Assembly: GCF_964213995.1 (NCBI RefSeq)
Contig: NC_135822.1
Location: 52,948,001 to 53,012,000, forward strand
Direction of reading: 5' to 3'
Length of the DNA stretch: 64,000 nt
Source: Mustelus asterias
Taxonomy: Eukaryota
The position numbers and the translations under genes were made by a program. Below are positions 1 through 11,829 of this stretch, piece by piece (the first letter of the stretch is position 1; every line of letters starts with the position of its first letter). The notes below the pieces were generated by a model. That model was not told the DNA's origin, searched no databases, and worked only from the letters and a program-made list of their open reading frames with translations.

Positions 1-195
1 TGTGTCTGTGTGGGTTTCCTCTGGGTGCTCCGGTTCCCTCCTACAGTCCAAAGATGTGCAAGTGAGGGGCATTGACCATGCTAAATTCTCCCTCATTGTA
101 CCCGAACAGGCGCCGGAGTATGGCAACTAGAGGATTTTCACAGTAACTTCACTACAGTGTGAATGTAAGCCTATTAATAAGTAAACATAAACTTT
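1..195 (+). mobile_element. V-SINE-type SINE, 3' part (cut by window start)
   Basis: Core tgggtttcctctgggtgctccggtt..cagtccaaagatgtgca..ccatgctaaatt shared with copies at 14095-14345(-), 18953-19740 and 41778-42050. Confidence 0.75.
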
Positions 196-519
196 CAGTT
201 CAGCTCTACTCTAGTCAATATGTGGTCTATCTTTCACTCAGTACCAGAGTTGGCAAACACTGACCCATGTGAGAACCACACAATCCTGGAGGAACCCTGG
301 AGGAGTACAGAATGTCAAGACTTCGAGTGCTCTCATCAGAAGTGTGATACCAATCTTAGTCATGGATGGTACCGGTTTAAAAGGTAATATAAAGGGAGAA
401 TTTCATCCTTCTAAACTCCATGGAGCAGAGACCCAAAAGGTGTATTTCATCTTGAAATGACCCATTCATATGGGAGCATAGGAACATGAGTAGGCCATGC
501 AATAAACGAGGATCATCAG

Positions 520-930
520 ATCATAAGACCATAGGATGTAGAAGCAGAATTAGCCCATTCGGCCCATCGGGTCTGCTCCACCATTCGATCATGGCTGATG
601 TATTTCTCAACTTCATTCTCCCGCCGTTTCCTCATAACCATTGATCCCTTTACTATCCCAGAAATCATCTTTCTCTGTCTTAAATACGCTCAATGACCTA
701 TCCTCCATAGCCTTCTGTGGCAATGAATTCCATAGGTTCACCACCCTCTGGCTGACAACATTCCTCCTCATCTCGTTTATAGAAGGGTCGTCCCTTTACT
801 CTGAGGCCATGCGCTCGGATCCTGATCAGTCCTATTGTTGGAAATATCTTCCCCACGTTCACTCGATCCAGGCCATCCAGTCATTCTCTAAGCTTAAATG
901 AGCTCACCCCTCATCCTTCGAAACTCCATG
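520..930 (-). mobile_element. CR1 LINE 3' fragment
   Basis: Reverse complement resembles the CR1 RT C-terminus and 3' tail seen intact at 60300-60651. Confidence 0.65.
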
Positions 931-1074
931 GAGCAGAGACCCAAAAGGGTTTATTTAATCTTGAAATGACCCATTCATTTGGGAGCATAGGAACATGAGT
1001 AGGCCATTCAGCCCATCGACCCTGCATGCCATTCAGTAAGATTGTGGCTGATATGTGGCCCAACACCATGTAAA

Positions 1075-1395
1075 AGCTATACAATACATAAGGAGGTAAT
1101 TCGGCCCATTGTGTCTGCATCGGTTCTGCTGTAGTGTATCCCACCCAGACCCTGTGCCGATAACCCGATGTATATACCCCATTCATCACTCATACTACAC
1201 GCCGTTGGACACCACGGGACATGGCCAATCCACCTAACCTACACATCATTGGAGTGTGTGCAGAAACCGGAGCAATCGGAGGAAAACCACGCTGACATGG
1301 TGAGAATGTGCAAACTCCACACAGACCGGTGAGTCAAGCGGGGAATCGAACCCGGGTCCCTGGCGCTGTGTGGAAGTTGAGAAAATCACTGTGCC
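1075..1395 (-). mobile_element. V-SINE-type SINE
   Basis: Reverse V-SINE core (gccaatccacctaacctacacatc..gaaaccggagca..gagaatgtgcaaactccacacagac) and tRNA-like head (ggaatcgaacccgggtccctggcgctgtg). Confidence 0.7.
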
Positions 1396-1399
1396 ATCC

Positions 1400-1915
1400 A
1401 TTACCTGCTCTAGGCCCATAGCCCTTGATTCCCCAGCTCATTATAAGTAAAATGCCTATCTCAGAGTTCAACCGAACAATTGAACAAGCATCACCACGAT
1501 GTGAGGGAGTTCCAAACCTCCACCACTCTGCTTGTGGAAGCAGTTTCTAACATCTCTCCTGAAACGCTGTTCCCCTTTTTAAAAATTATGGTCCCTGTTT
1601 ATTGAGCCTTCAGCGAGTGGAAACAGTTTATTTTTAGCCACCCGGACCTTCCTTGAAAATATTTTATAGACTTCTTTCAGATCACACCTCAACCTTTTGA
1701 ATTTGGGACTAAAAAGGCTTAAATTGTCTAATCTCACCTCGTAATTTAACCCTGACGTCCAGGCATCATTCTTGCAAACCTGCATTGAACTACCTCCAGG
1801 GCCAAAGCATCCTTGCTAAGGTGTGGTGCCATACCTGCGACAGTACTCTAAGTTTGGTCCAACTAGGTTAGTGTTCAACGGCAGCATGACATTTGTATCC
1901 CTATCCTCCAGCCCT
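1400..1915 (-). mobile_element. Old CR1 LINE 3' fragment
   Basis: ORF 1579..1785(-) LNYEVRLDNLSLFSPKFKRLRCDLKEVYKI matches the CR1 RT C-terminal motif. Confidence 0.65.
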
Positions 1916-2149
1916 TTCAAGAGGTGTGGGCTCCGCTGGTGAAACCAGCATTGAATTCCATCTTGAGAATGTCGCGGTGAGCTGCCTTCTTGTTTCGATG
2001 CAGTTTTTCTGAAGTGGTCTGATGCTGTGTGGCTTACCAGTCCAGTTCATTGGACACGTAAGGACACGTTGGCTGTGAGTCTGGAGACAGGTGTAGGTCA
2101 GACCTGGTCAACGCAGTAGACTTCCTTCCCCGAAAAACATTATCGAACC

Positions 2150-2490
2150 AAAGATGTATTTGTTAGATGGATTGGCCATTGCAAATTGCTCCTTAGTGTC
2201 CAACATGTCCATGTTAGGCAAACTGGCGATGCTAAATTGCACAAAGATGGACAGGTTCGTTGGATTGGTGGTGGAAACTTGCCCCTCAGTTTCCAAAGAT
2301 GTGCAGGTTAGGTGGCTTGGCCAAGCTAAATTGACCCTTAGTGTCCGAAGATGTGCAAGTTCGGTGGATTAGTTATGGTAAATGTGTTGAGTTCGAGGTA
2401 AGGTCGGGGAGAGGGCTTGAGTAATATACTCTGCCAGACGCGGTGCAGGCATGATGGGTTGAATGGCATCATCTACTCGTAGGGACTCTG
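2150..2490 (+). repeat. Tandemly amplified ~50-bp V-SINE internal module
   Basis: Repeated ccaaagatgtgcaggttaggtgg..ggccatgctaaattg units followed by a SINE tail. Confidence 0.6.
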
Positions 2491-2780
2491 TGACACTTCT
2501 ATCATTAAAACCGCGTGTTTATTAAGCCAATTGGCACGGCGACTGTGGCTAAATTCTATTTCCGTTCATAATAATTAGTTGCATTTAGATTTCCCCAGCT
2601 GATGTTCTGGGGTTGGAAGCACTGTGGGCCTGAGTGTTAACCAGGACCTGGTATTAACAGTCCAGTGAAATAGCCGATGCCACAATCTCCCAACATTTTA
2701 CCTTCTGCTGGTCTCACTTTTGTTGTCGGAATAACTGCACTATCCGTTCCAGAAGAATAAATGTCTCATTGTTGTTTCAG

Positions 2781-2857
2781 TTCTGGTGGATGGAAGATTG
2801 CCGAGACTGCAGTTCCAGAGGGCCGCTGCTCTGCGGGCGGACAAGCCTGGTTAAATG
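2781..2857 (+). CDS. Exon A of D8C-domain gene (UMOD/GP2/OIT3-like): SGGWKIAETAVPEGRCSAGGQAWLN
   Basis: tttcag acceptor (2775-2780), gtaatc donor (2858); aligns with UMOD [25 protein letters not shown]. Confidence 0.88.
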
Positions 2858-2951
2858 GTAATCTCAGAGCTCTTGAGATCAGATTTGTATTCACTGCCCA
2901 GGGGCTGTTCACATCGACAACATGCTTTATGATTTATAAATCTGATTTCAG

Positions 2952-3113
2952 GTGCCCATCCCACCGTGGGAGAAGGAGAAGTCAAGAGGACAGTCTGCAT
3001 CAACTGGAAGGAAGAGACATGCCACCGAGCCCATGAGATAAAGGTCAGAAACTGCAGCACTTACTTTGTCTATGAGTTGATGAAATTACATACTTGTAAT
3101 GTCTATTGCACAG
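2952..3113 (+). CDS. Exon B of D8C-domain gene: GAHPTVGEGEVKRTVCINWKEETCHRAHEIKVRNCSTYFVYELMKLHTCNVYCT
   Basis: tttcag acceptor, gtagac donor, phase 1/1 in frame with exon A; aligns with UMOD THPSSDEGIVSRKACAHW..VQVKAC..YYVYNL..C..YCT. Confidence 0.9.
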
Positions 3114-4144
3114 GTAGACAGACCATTTTCAAATACACTGAAGATTGACCCTGAGGTGTTGAGCCTGAACATTATAAATAACATTCATTCATTATTGACT
3201 TTAAAAAGTGAAAAACAAAGAATATATTTTTCCACAAAAACATAGCGGAAAAAAGCAAGAGCGCTCCACAATATAAATTTCTTGTTAAAAACTCAATCTA
3301 CCTGATGAACTATGGATACAAGAGCCATAGCATTGACTGTTCTCGGTTTGAACTCATGTTGCGCCCTGATGTTTGGCAAATCAAATTAACTCATTCAAAC
3401 TGAGGGACATAGTAAATGTGGCAGCCCCTTAAAGGGAGGGGTGGCGGGCTGGCGCAGTTGTGGGCGGAAAACAAAACTAAAGCACAAAATAAACCGAAAC
3501 CGTCAACCCAAAATGTGAATAAAGATGTGACTAATACACCGCTGCCCCTGTGGTGCCCAAAAAGCATGGGAGGCATCAATGGGCCCCGTGGACTCCGCAT
3601 GCTCCCTCTCCAGGGACATCCGGCCGCGAATGCAGCCGCGGCAGAGGGGCAGACAGTCAGGTCGGACAAGGGCCCTGATCTATTCGGCTCAGTTGATCAA
3701 ATCCTGCTTAGATTGAACAAACCTCACTGATCTCCCTCTTTCCCGTCATAGCAATAATCATAAAGTCCGCACCTACAGATGTGTCATACAATCAAAGACC
3801 CACTGGGTCATCGCACAATAGGGCAGTGGTGATGGATGTGTAGATGGAATGTACTGGGTGTTGGTGGAGAAGTGAGCACAAGGGTCGTATTTGTGTTGGA
3901 AAGTGTAAACACTTGGGACTTCGATGTAAATGGCAGAGTGAGACATGGGAGAATGCAAGGGTGGGGTAAGATCACATAGCTATGATGCAGGAGGTAGGAT
4001 GTGGAAAAGGAGATCGATAAAGAGGAGATGTTGGAAAAGGGGTGAGTGTGGCGGGTAAAGGCGATGATGGAGGTGGAATGATGTAGTGCAAGAGGTAGGG
4101 AGATATATTGACTGAGAGAGAGAGGGTTGTAACAACAGAGGCGC

Positions 4145-4650
4145 GTGGACGTAGTGATTGTGGACGAGGCTGCAGTGACTGAGGGGAGTGGGATGTAGTG
4201 ACTGAGGGAGTGGGATTTAGTGACGGAGGCGAGTGGGATGTAGTGACTGAGGCGAGTGTGATGTAGTGAATTAGGGAGTGGGATTTAGTGATGGAGGCGA
4301 GTGGGATGCAGTCACTGAGGGGAGTGGGATGTAATGACAGAGGGAGTGGGATTTAGTGACGGAAACAAGTGGGATTCAGTCACTGAGGGGAGTGCGATTT
4401 AGTGAATAAGGGCAGCGAGAAGTAGTGGCAGAGGGGAGTGGGGTGTAGTGACTGAGGGGATCGGCTTGCAGAGGTTGTGCAGAGTGGGATGTAGTGACTG
4501 AGGGGAGTGGGATATAGTGATTGAGGAAATGGGATGAAGTGACTGATGGGGGTTGGATGCGGTGACTGAGGGGAGTGGAATGTAGTGATTGAGGAAGTGG
4601 GATGCAGTGACTGAGGGGGGTTAGATTTGTTGATTGAGGGGAGTGAGAAG
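4145..4650 (+). repeat. 23-bp G-rich minisatellite (GTGACTGAGGGGAGTGGGATGCA)n, array 1a
   Basis: Direct tandem periodicity visible; gives the HPTPLSH-repeat pseudo-ORFs. Confidence 0.9.
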
Positions 4651-4651
4651 T

Positions 4652-5426
4652 AGAACATAGAATATAGAAAAGCTAGAGCACAAACAGGCCCTTCGGCCCA
4701 CAAGTTGCGCCGAACATGTCCCTACCTACTAGGCTTACATATAACCCTCTATCTTACTAACTTCCATGATCTTATCCAAAAGTCTCTTAAAAGACCCTAT
4801 CGAATCCGTCTCCACCACCACTACCAGCAGCCGATTCCACGCACCCAACACCCTCTGAGTGAAAAACATACCCCTAACATGTCCTCTGTACCTAGTCCCC
4901 AGCACCCTAAACCTGTGACCTCTTGTGGCAACCATTTCAGCCCTGGGTAAAAGCCTCTGAGAATCCACTCTATCAATACCCCTCAACATCTTATACACCT
5001 CTCTCAGGTCACCTCTCATCCTTCGCCTCTCCAAGGAGAAAATCCCTAGCTCTCTCAACCTATCCTCATAAGGCATGCCACCTAATCCAGGCAACATCCT
5101 TGTAAATCTCCTCTGCACCCTTTCGTTGGCTTCCACATCCTTTCTGTAATGAGGCGATCAGAACTGGGCACAGTACTCCAGGTGGGGTCTGACCAGGGTC
5201 CTATACAGCTGCAGCATTATCTCCCGATTTCTAGACTCAATTCCTCTATTGATGAAGGCCAGTATTCCATACGCCTTCTTAACCAGAGCCTCGAACTGCG
5301 ACGCTGCTTTGAGCGTCTATGAACCCGGACCCCAAGATCCTTCTGATCTTCCACATTGCCAAGCGTCTCACCCTTAATATTGTATACTTTCATCCTTTTC
5401 GACCTGCCAAAATGAACCACCACACA
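4652..5426 (-). mobile_element. 5'-truncated CR1 LINE inserted into the minisatellite array
   Basis: ORFs 4735..5136 and 5217..5423 (ERVQRRFTRMLPGL..YEDRL..RGDL); 3' tail adjoins 4652. Confidence 0.9.
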
Positions 5427-5439
5427 CTTAAGTACTTAA

Positions 5440-6610
5440 GTAGTGACTGAGTTGAGTGGGATGCATTGACTGAGGGGAGTGGGATGCAGTGACTGGGGGG
5501 AGTGGGATGCAGTGACTCAGGGGAGTGGGATTTAGAGACTGAGGGGGTGGGATGCAGTGACTGAGGGGAGTGGGATGCAGTGACTGAGGGGAGTGGGATA
5601 TAGTGTCTGAGGGAAGTGGGATGTTATGACTGAGGGGAGTGGGATGCAGTGACAGAGCGGAGTGGGATATAGTGTCTGAGGGGAGTGGGATGTTATGACT
5701 GAAGCGAGTGAAATGCAGTGACAGAGGGGAGTGGGATATAGTGTCTGAGGCGAGTGGGATGTAATGGCTCAGGTGAGTAGGGTAATGTGACTGAGGAGAG
5801 TGGGATGTCATGACTGAGGAAAGTGGAATGCAGTGACTGAGGGAGTGGGATGCAGTGACTGAGGGGAGTGTGATGTACGGGCTGAGGGGCGAGGGATGCA
5901 GTGACTGGGGGGAGTGGAATGCAGACGCTGAGGAGACTGACATGCAGTGACTGAGGGAAGTGGGATGTAGTGACTGAGGGGAGTGGGATGCAGGACTGAG
6001 GGGAGTGGAATGCAGAGGCTGAGGAGACTGACGTGCAGTGACTGAGATGAGTGAGATGTAGTGTCTGAGGGGAGTGGGATGCACTGACTGAGGGGAGTGG
6101 GATGTAGTGACTGAGGGGAGTGGAATGCAGGGGCTGAGGAGACTGACATGCAGTGACTGAGGTGAGTGAGCTGTAGTGTCTGAGGAGTGGGATGCAGTGA
6201 CTGAGGGGTGTGGGATTCAGCAACTGAGGGGAGTGGGTTGTAGTGACTATGGGGAGAGGAATGTGGTGACTGAGGGAAGTGAGATAGAGTGACTGACTGC
6301 AGTGGGATGCAGTGACTGAGGGGAGTATGATGTAATGATGGAGAGGAGTGGGATGCTGTGACTGAAATGACTGGAATGTAGTGCCTGAGGGCAGTGGGGT
6401 AGAGTTACTGAGCAGAGTGAGACGTAGTGACTGAGGGAAGTGGGATCAAGCGACTGAGGGGAATGGAATGTCGTGATGGGGGTGAGTGGTATGTCGTGAC
6501 TGTGGGGGTGGGAGTTAGTGACTGACGGGAGTGAGGTTGCGATAATGGAGGGAGAGCTGGACGTAGTGGGACATAGAGACTGGCTCGGTGAGTCGGATGC
6601 AGTGACATTT
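5440..6610 (+). repeat. 23-bp G-rich minisatellite, array 1b
   Basis: Same unit, tens of copies, decaying towards the 3' end. Confidence 0.9.
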
Positions 6611-7598
6611 AATTCAAGATTTATATTGCATTTAAATGTCACCATCTTTTGTGGTGGGATTCGAACCCGGGTCAACATGAAGATTCCCGTGTGTCCCTGG
6701 ATAGCTAGTCCATCGACGGTACCACTACGCCAATCTCGTATCAACATTGACCACAAAGTAACAGCAGATTGATGGTTGGTTCCGTTCCCAAATATTCACT
6801 GATGCAAGTTGCTTTAACCCTTTGTCGATTCAGGGACAGCCATACCTCCCACACACGGGGAACAATCGACTGGAGAATCCAGCGAGCTGTCATCCCTCTG
6901 TCCCAGCTCCATCTCCAACCTCAGGGAGGTGACATTGTGAAAAAGAGTCGACACAAACACTTCCCTCACCATGACCCAAGGGGACATCATTCCCCGAGGC
7001 TGCAAAAGGCGTTTATTGATGGACAGCGAAGGAGTGAAAGGGAATGTAGTGTTTTAGTGAGCTGGAGTTTTCTGTTTGAGGAAATTGAGACTGAGCAGAG
7101 GAGAGGGATGTAGTGACTTTCAAGTTCCAGAATTAAATGAATTAAAATATCAGCAGCTATCGTCGGATTCGAAACCAGATCTCCGGAGAATCCCCTGGGT
7201 TTTGGGATAACTGGCCCAATGACAATACCTCTATGCCACTGTCTTCCCTGCATTTCTCCCACAGTAACAGCAGTTTGATGGTTGGTCTGTTGTTCCTGTA
7301 TGAGGAGATTGAGTGTGTGTAATCGAGGGGAAGGGTTTTTGGAGACACAAGGAGATGGGATGCAAGGAGGAGTTTGAGTGGAAAGGGGTTTGTGTGGGTG
7401 GGGGTGAGGGTGGGGTATGTGTGGTTGGGGGTGGGGGTGAGGGTGGGGGTGAGGGTGGGGTTGTGTGGTTGGCGGTGGGGGTGAGGGTGGGGCTTGCAAT
7501 ATTGCCGTGTGATATTGTGCAGAATCTACAAACAACACCATGCTCAGTTCCGCTTCACTCCAATCTGTTCTCTCCCCATCCCTCCAAATTCATCACAG

Positions 7599-7694
7599 AT
7601 CCACGTACATCTCCAACACGGACACACAGCGACGCATCGAGTGGAAAATCCACTGAGCAATCATCCTCCGTCCCAGCAGCATCTCCAACTTCAA
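7599..7694 (+). CDS. Exon C of D8C gene, Ser/Thr-rich: DPRTSPTRTHSDASSGKSTEQSSSVPAASPTS
   Basis: Polypyrimidine tract + cacag acceptor; phase-1 join gives YCT-DP as in UMOD (YCTDP); donor gtaacc at 7695 is at the position equivalent to the exon D donor, but the frame stays open to TAA 7810 so the 3' end is uncertain. Confidence 0.72.
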
Positions 7695-7809
7695 GTAACC
7701 GAATTCCTGAGAATATTCCGACTGAAATCCTCATCCCCGCCGACAGTCGGAAAATCATCTCCGGGACAACATCAGAGCACATTCCTGAAAGAGACAGAGG
7801 GAGTGATTA

Positions 7810-8045
7810 AGGGGAGTGGGATGTAGTGACTGAGGGGAGTGGGATGAAATGACTGAGGAGAGTGGGATGCTGCGACTGAGGGGAGCGGGATTTAGTGGGT
7901 TCGGGGAATGGGATGTAATGACTGAAGGGAGTGGGATGTAATGACTGAGGGGAGTGTGATGTCATGACTGAGGGGAGCGGAATGTAGTGACTGAGGGGAG
8001 CAGGATGCAGAGATTCAGGGGAGTGGGATGTGGTGACTTAGGAGA
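7810..8045 (+). repeat. 23-bp G-rich minisatellite, array 2
   Basis: Same unit, directly after the exon C ORF. Confidence 0.85.
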
Positions 8046-9180
8046 GGAGGGTGCGGCGAGCGAAGATATGAATCTCTGAGATAAATGGTAGATGCTGTCA
8101 AAACTTTTCATCATGAACGTTTATCAGGGATATGAGACCTCAAAAGGTGGAATAGTTCTGACTGCATAAGGAGCACGAAATGCTGATTGGTTGGTGTGTG
8201 TGGTCTTTTTTGTCAAGGCATTTGTGCTCTGGGGAACTCACAAGGATACTCATCGGTCAAGTCCTCCTTTTTGGAACAAAATGAACTCCAAGCTCTCTGA
8301 ATTTAAGCAACATCTCAAAATACACTCACGATGAATCAATACATTAGCAACTTATGTCTTTGGTTCAGAATGCAGGACGCAGGCATCAAAATAAAGGTCA
8401 TCCCCTACTCAACAATGACTAATATTCCATATGAATTTCAATGAATGTGTGATACCAGATATGTAGGATGCATGTCCCAGTGACTGGAGGTTAAACTCGC
8501 CGGTTGGGCGCAATAGGCACAGTACTGACTGGACTCACCCAGTCCGTGGTTTCGTAGCTCATAACATTGCGTCCAACAGTAATTGTAATTCCACAATTGG
8601 ACAAAACGTACTGAACAATCACGTTTGCGCCAAGGATAACACAGCAGCCACTTCACAATTATCGATCCTGCCCGCAATGTGCCTCAAATAGACTTGGTGA
8701 AGGTAAACATTTTTACACTCTGGGTGAGTGTATGTTAAAGGAAGCTTTTCGAGATGCTGCAACTCTTCAGTAAACCAAAGCTTTGAGTGCCCTTTTTAAA
8801 GGAGCATCACAATGAGTTGACCAATTAGAATCGTGGAATCCTTAGAGTGCAGAAGGAGGCCATTCGGCACATGGAGTCTGCACCAACCAAATATTAGATT
8901 CTATATGCCAACCAATTAACACCATCCTTCCCATGCTGCACATAAGGGTGGTCCCAGTGAGACTGGGCTTTCTGCTGAATGAGCCTGGATGAGTCCCAGA
9001 TTAAAAACCTTTTTTCGACCACAATCAAATATGTTGGCCCAGACGATTCTGTTGGAAGAGGAAAATTTTAGAAACATTGCCGTCACGATATTGCCCAGAA
9101 TCTGATCTTAGTATTATATTCTGTTGCATGACTGTCCAATTATTGTGTTGCCCAATCGCTTTATTTTATTTTCTGTCCAG

Positions 9181-9261
9181 GAAAATCCGCAACTCGGCAC
9201 AAATCTACTGGAAAACACCTCACCCAATCATCCACTGTCCCAGCCGATTCTCCAATCCCTG
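9181..9261 (+). CDS. Exon D of D8C gene, Ser/Thr/Pro-rich: KSATRHKSTGKHLTQSSTVPADSPIP
   Basis: ttattttctgtccag acceptor, gtaggt donor, 81 nt phase 1/1; paralogous to exon C (STGKHLTQSSTVPADSP vs SSGKSTEQSSSVPAASP). Confidence 0.75.
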
Positions 9262-9274
9262 GTAGGTGAAACTC

Positions 9275-9860
9275 AGTGACAGAGGGAAGTGGATTGTAGC
9301 GATCGAGAGGAGTGGGATGTAGCAACTGAGGGAGGTGGGACGGAGTGACCAAGGGGAGTGGGATGTAGCGACCGAGCAGAGTGGGATGTCGTGACTGAGG
9401 GGAATGGGATGCAGTGACTGATGGAAGTAGGATGCAGTGACTGAGAGGATTGGGATGCAGTGACTGAGAGAAGTGGGATGTACTTACTGAGGGGAGTAGG
9501 TTGTAGTGACTGAGGGGAGTGGGATGCATTGCTGAGGGGAGTGCATGCATTGCTGAGGGGATTGGGATGTAGTGACTGAGGGGAGTGGCATGCAGTGCTG
9601 TGGGGAGTGGGATGCAGTGACTGAGGAGATTGGGATGTAGCGACTGAGGGGAGTGGGATGTAGTGACTGAGGGGAGTGGGATGTACTGACTGAGGTGGGT
9701 GTGATGCAGTGACTGTGGGTAGTGTCTGTGCAAGACTGAGGGGAGTGGGATGCAGTGGCTGACGGGAGTGGGATTCGGTGGTTAAAGGGAATGGGATGCA
9801 GTGACTGAGGGGAGTGTAAAGCATTGACTGAGGGGAGTGGGATTGAAGGACCGAGGGATG
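9275..9860 (+). repeat. 23-bp G-rich minisatellite, array 3
   Basis: Same unit, directly after exon D. Confidence 0.88.
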
Positions 9861-10749
9861 TAGGATGTGGCACGGTGCACGGTTTAATGAGTGTTCCGTC
9901 TGCCTCATATTCTTGGGTTGCGCAATTTGTTATGATTTTCCGCTCAGCAGTGTTACTCTTATTTGGAACTTGCTGGGTGTCTTGCGTTCCACGATCCAAC
10001 TCCAGATCCAGTCCAGAAACCGAAAAGGCCCCACCCCACCCTGAGTGTTGCGCTGAGCGATGCTCCACCTCTCCACTCATTTCAGTTGCCAGAAATGATT
10101 GATTCACCAATTATCCCGGAATAGTTCATGCTTCATCCTACCTGTGTCTCCTGGCTCTTTAGCCTGACAGCCGTTGAAACGTGTGCGCACCCCGCCCCCC
10201 CCCACAGCTCCCCGCCCCGCCCCCCCCCCCCCGCCCCCCCGCCTCACCTCCCATCCCCACCCGTACTCTGGCGAAGCTTACTTCCCAATTGTGCTTGTCT
10301 AATGACTTCAACAAGGTGCATAGGTTTGCATCTCGTAGTATGAGCTCCCTGATTGCAGCGAGTAATGATGGCTCTCAATCAGAGAGCTCATACTCCAAGC
10401 TGCCAACCCCATGGGCCTCGGAAAAGTAATTACAGTTCGTCAGGTGAAGTGTGATGCATGATTTACACGGGTGACCCCATTTACTGCCTCGCCGTTTTCC
10501 TGTGCTTGTGGCGACTTGGAGTGACATTCATCACTCTCAGTGGGACTTGGGTTTACAGGAAAGGGATATTGCCTGGGCGGTTTTCCCTCTGGATTGTGCC
10601 ACTCCCAAGAACCGAAGAGACCTCGATCTTTCTGGCATACCTCTTCCCTCTTCCTCCCCCCCCCCCCCCCCCCCCCCATGCTACCAGCTCTCCTACTTCC
10701 CATTGTGCCCAGGGAATTCTGCTCACATCCTGTCCTCTCAATGTTTCAG

Positions 10750-10865
10750 GCTTCCTATTTCTGTCGGAGGAGGACTGCAAGGCCATGAATGTGGAGGTCC
10801 AAGTGGTGTACGCAGGGGACAACAAGTTGGAAAGCTCCAAGGAAAAGGAAGCCTACCTTCGACAG
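10750..10865 (+). CDS. Exon E of D8C gene: GFLFLSEEDCKAMNVEVQVVYAGDNKLESSKEKEAYLRQ
   Basis: tcctctcaatgtttcag acceptor, CAG|gtgtag donor, phase 1 to 0, open, non-repetitive, protein-like composition. Confidence 0.62.
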
Positions 10866-10869
10866 GTGT

Positions 10870-11710
10870 AGATTTCAGAGAAGCAGGGGAAATAGAAGCA
10901 GCAACAGGCCATTCAGCCCTTCCAGCCTGCGCTGCCATTCATTATGATCATGGCTGGTCATCCAACTCAATAGTCTCATCCTCGCCTTCCATCCCACCGT
11001 CTTCATGGATCCCTTTCATCCCAAGAGCTATATCTAATTCCTTCTTGAAAACATACAATGTTTTGGCCTCAACATCTTGCTGTGGTAGCGAATTGCACAG
11101 GCTGACCGCTCTCTGGGTGAAGAAATACTCCTCACCTCAGTCCAAAAATATTTAACGCATATTGTCAGCCGTGACCCCTGTTTCCGGAGTCCCCCATCAT
11201 CGAAAAGATCTTTCCTGCCTCCACCCTGTCCCGTCCTGTTAGAATTTTATAAGTTTCTATAAGATCTCCCTCCCCCCTCATTCTTCTAAACTCCAGCCAA
11301 TATAATCCTAACCGACTCAGTCTCTCCTCATATCGCAACCCCACCATCCCAGGAATCAGCCTGGTAACCTTCACTGCACTCCCTCCCATGGCAAGAATAT
11401 CCTTCCTCCGATAAGCTTACCGAAACTGCATACAATATTCCAGTCGTGGCTTCACCAAGGCCCTGTTTCAATGCAGCAAGACATCCCTCGACTGTACTCG
11501 TATCCTCTTGCTATGAAGGCCAACAGGCAACTTGCCTTCTTCACAGCCTGCTGAACATACACGCTTATCTTCAGCGACTGGTGTCCGAGGACACCCAGGT
11601 CTCTTTGCACATCCTCCTCTCCTAATTTATGGTCATTCAGATAAAATTCTGCCTTCCCGTTTTTGCTACAAAGTGGATAACCTCACATTTATCAACATTG
11701 TACTGCATCG
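10870..11710 (-). mobile_element. CR1 LINE 3' fragment
   Basis: ORF 11165..11389 RLIPGMVGLRYEERLSRLGLYWLEFRRMRG..DLIETYKI. Confidence 0.8.
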
Positions 11711-11829
11711 ACTAATTCACTGAACACCCATTCTTAAACTGTGTAGAGCTGATATCCATTATTATCCTTATCCATATTATTTGGTCATCTCTAGGTACTA
11801 TTGAATACCACTATCAATTGGTATTCTTT

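Noticed and set aside
5440-6610. CRISPR-like regular array
   Set aside because: Head-to-tail tandem units with no unique spacers, in a eukaryotic context
4380-9908. Long His/Pro/Ser-rich ORFs (HPTPLSH repeats) on the minus strand
   Set aside because: Translations of the 23-bp minisatellite in several frames; no splice or start context
9948-10102. Possible extra exon AVLLLFGTCWVSCVPRSNS.. after a ttttccgctcag acceptor
   Set aside because: No phase-compatible strong donor and no recognisable homology; cannot be excluded without RNA data
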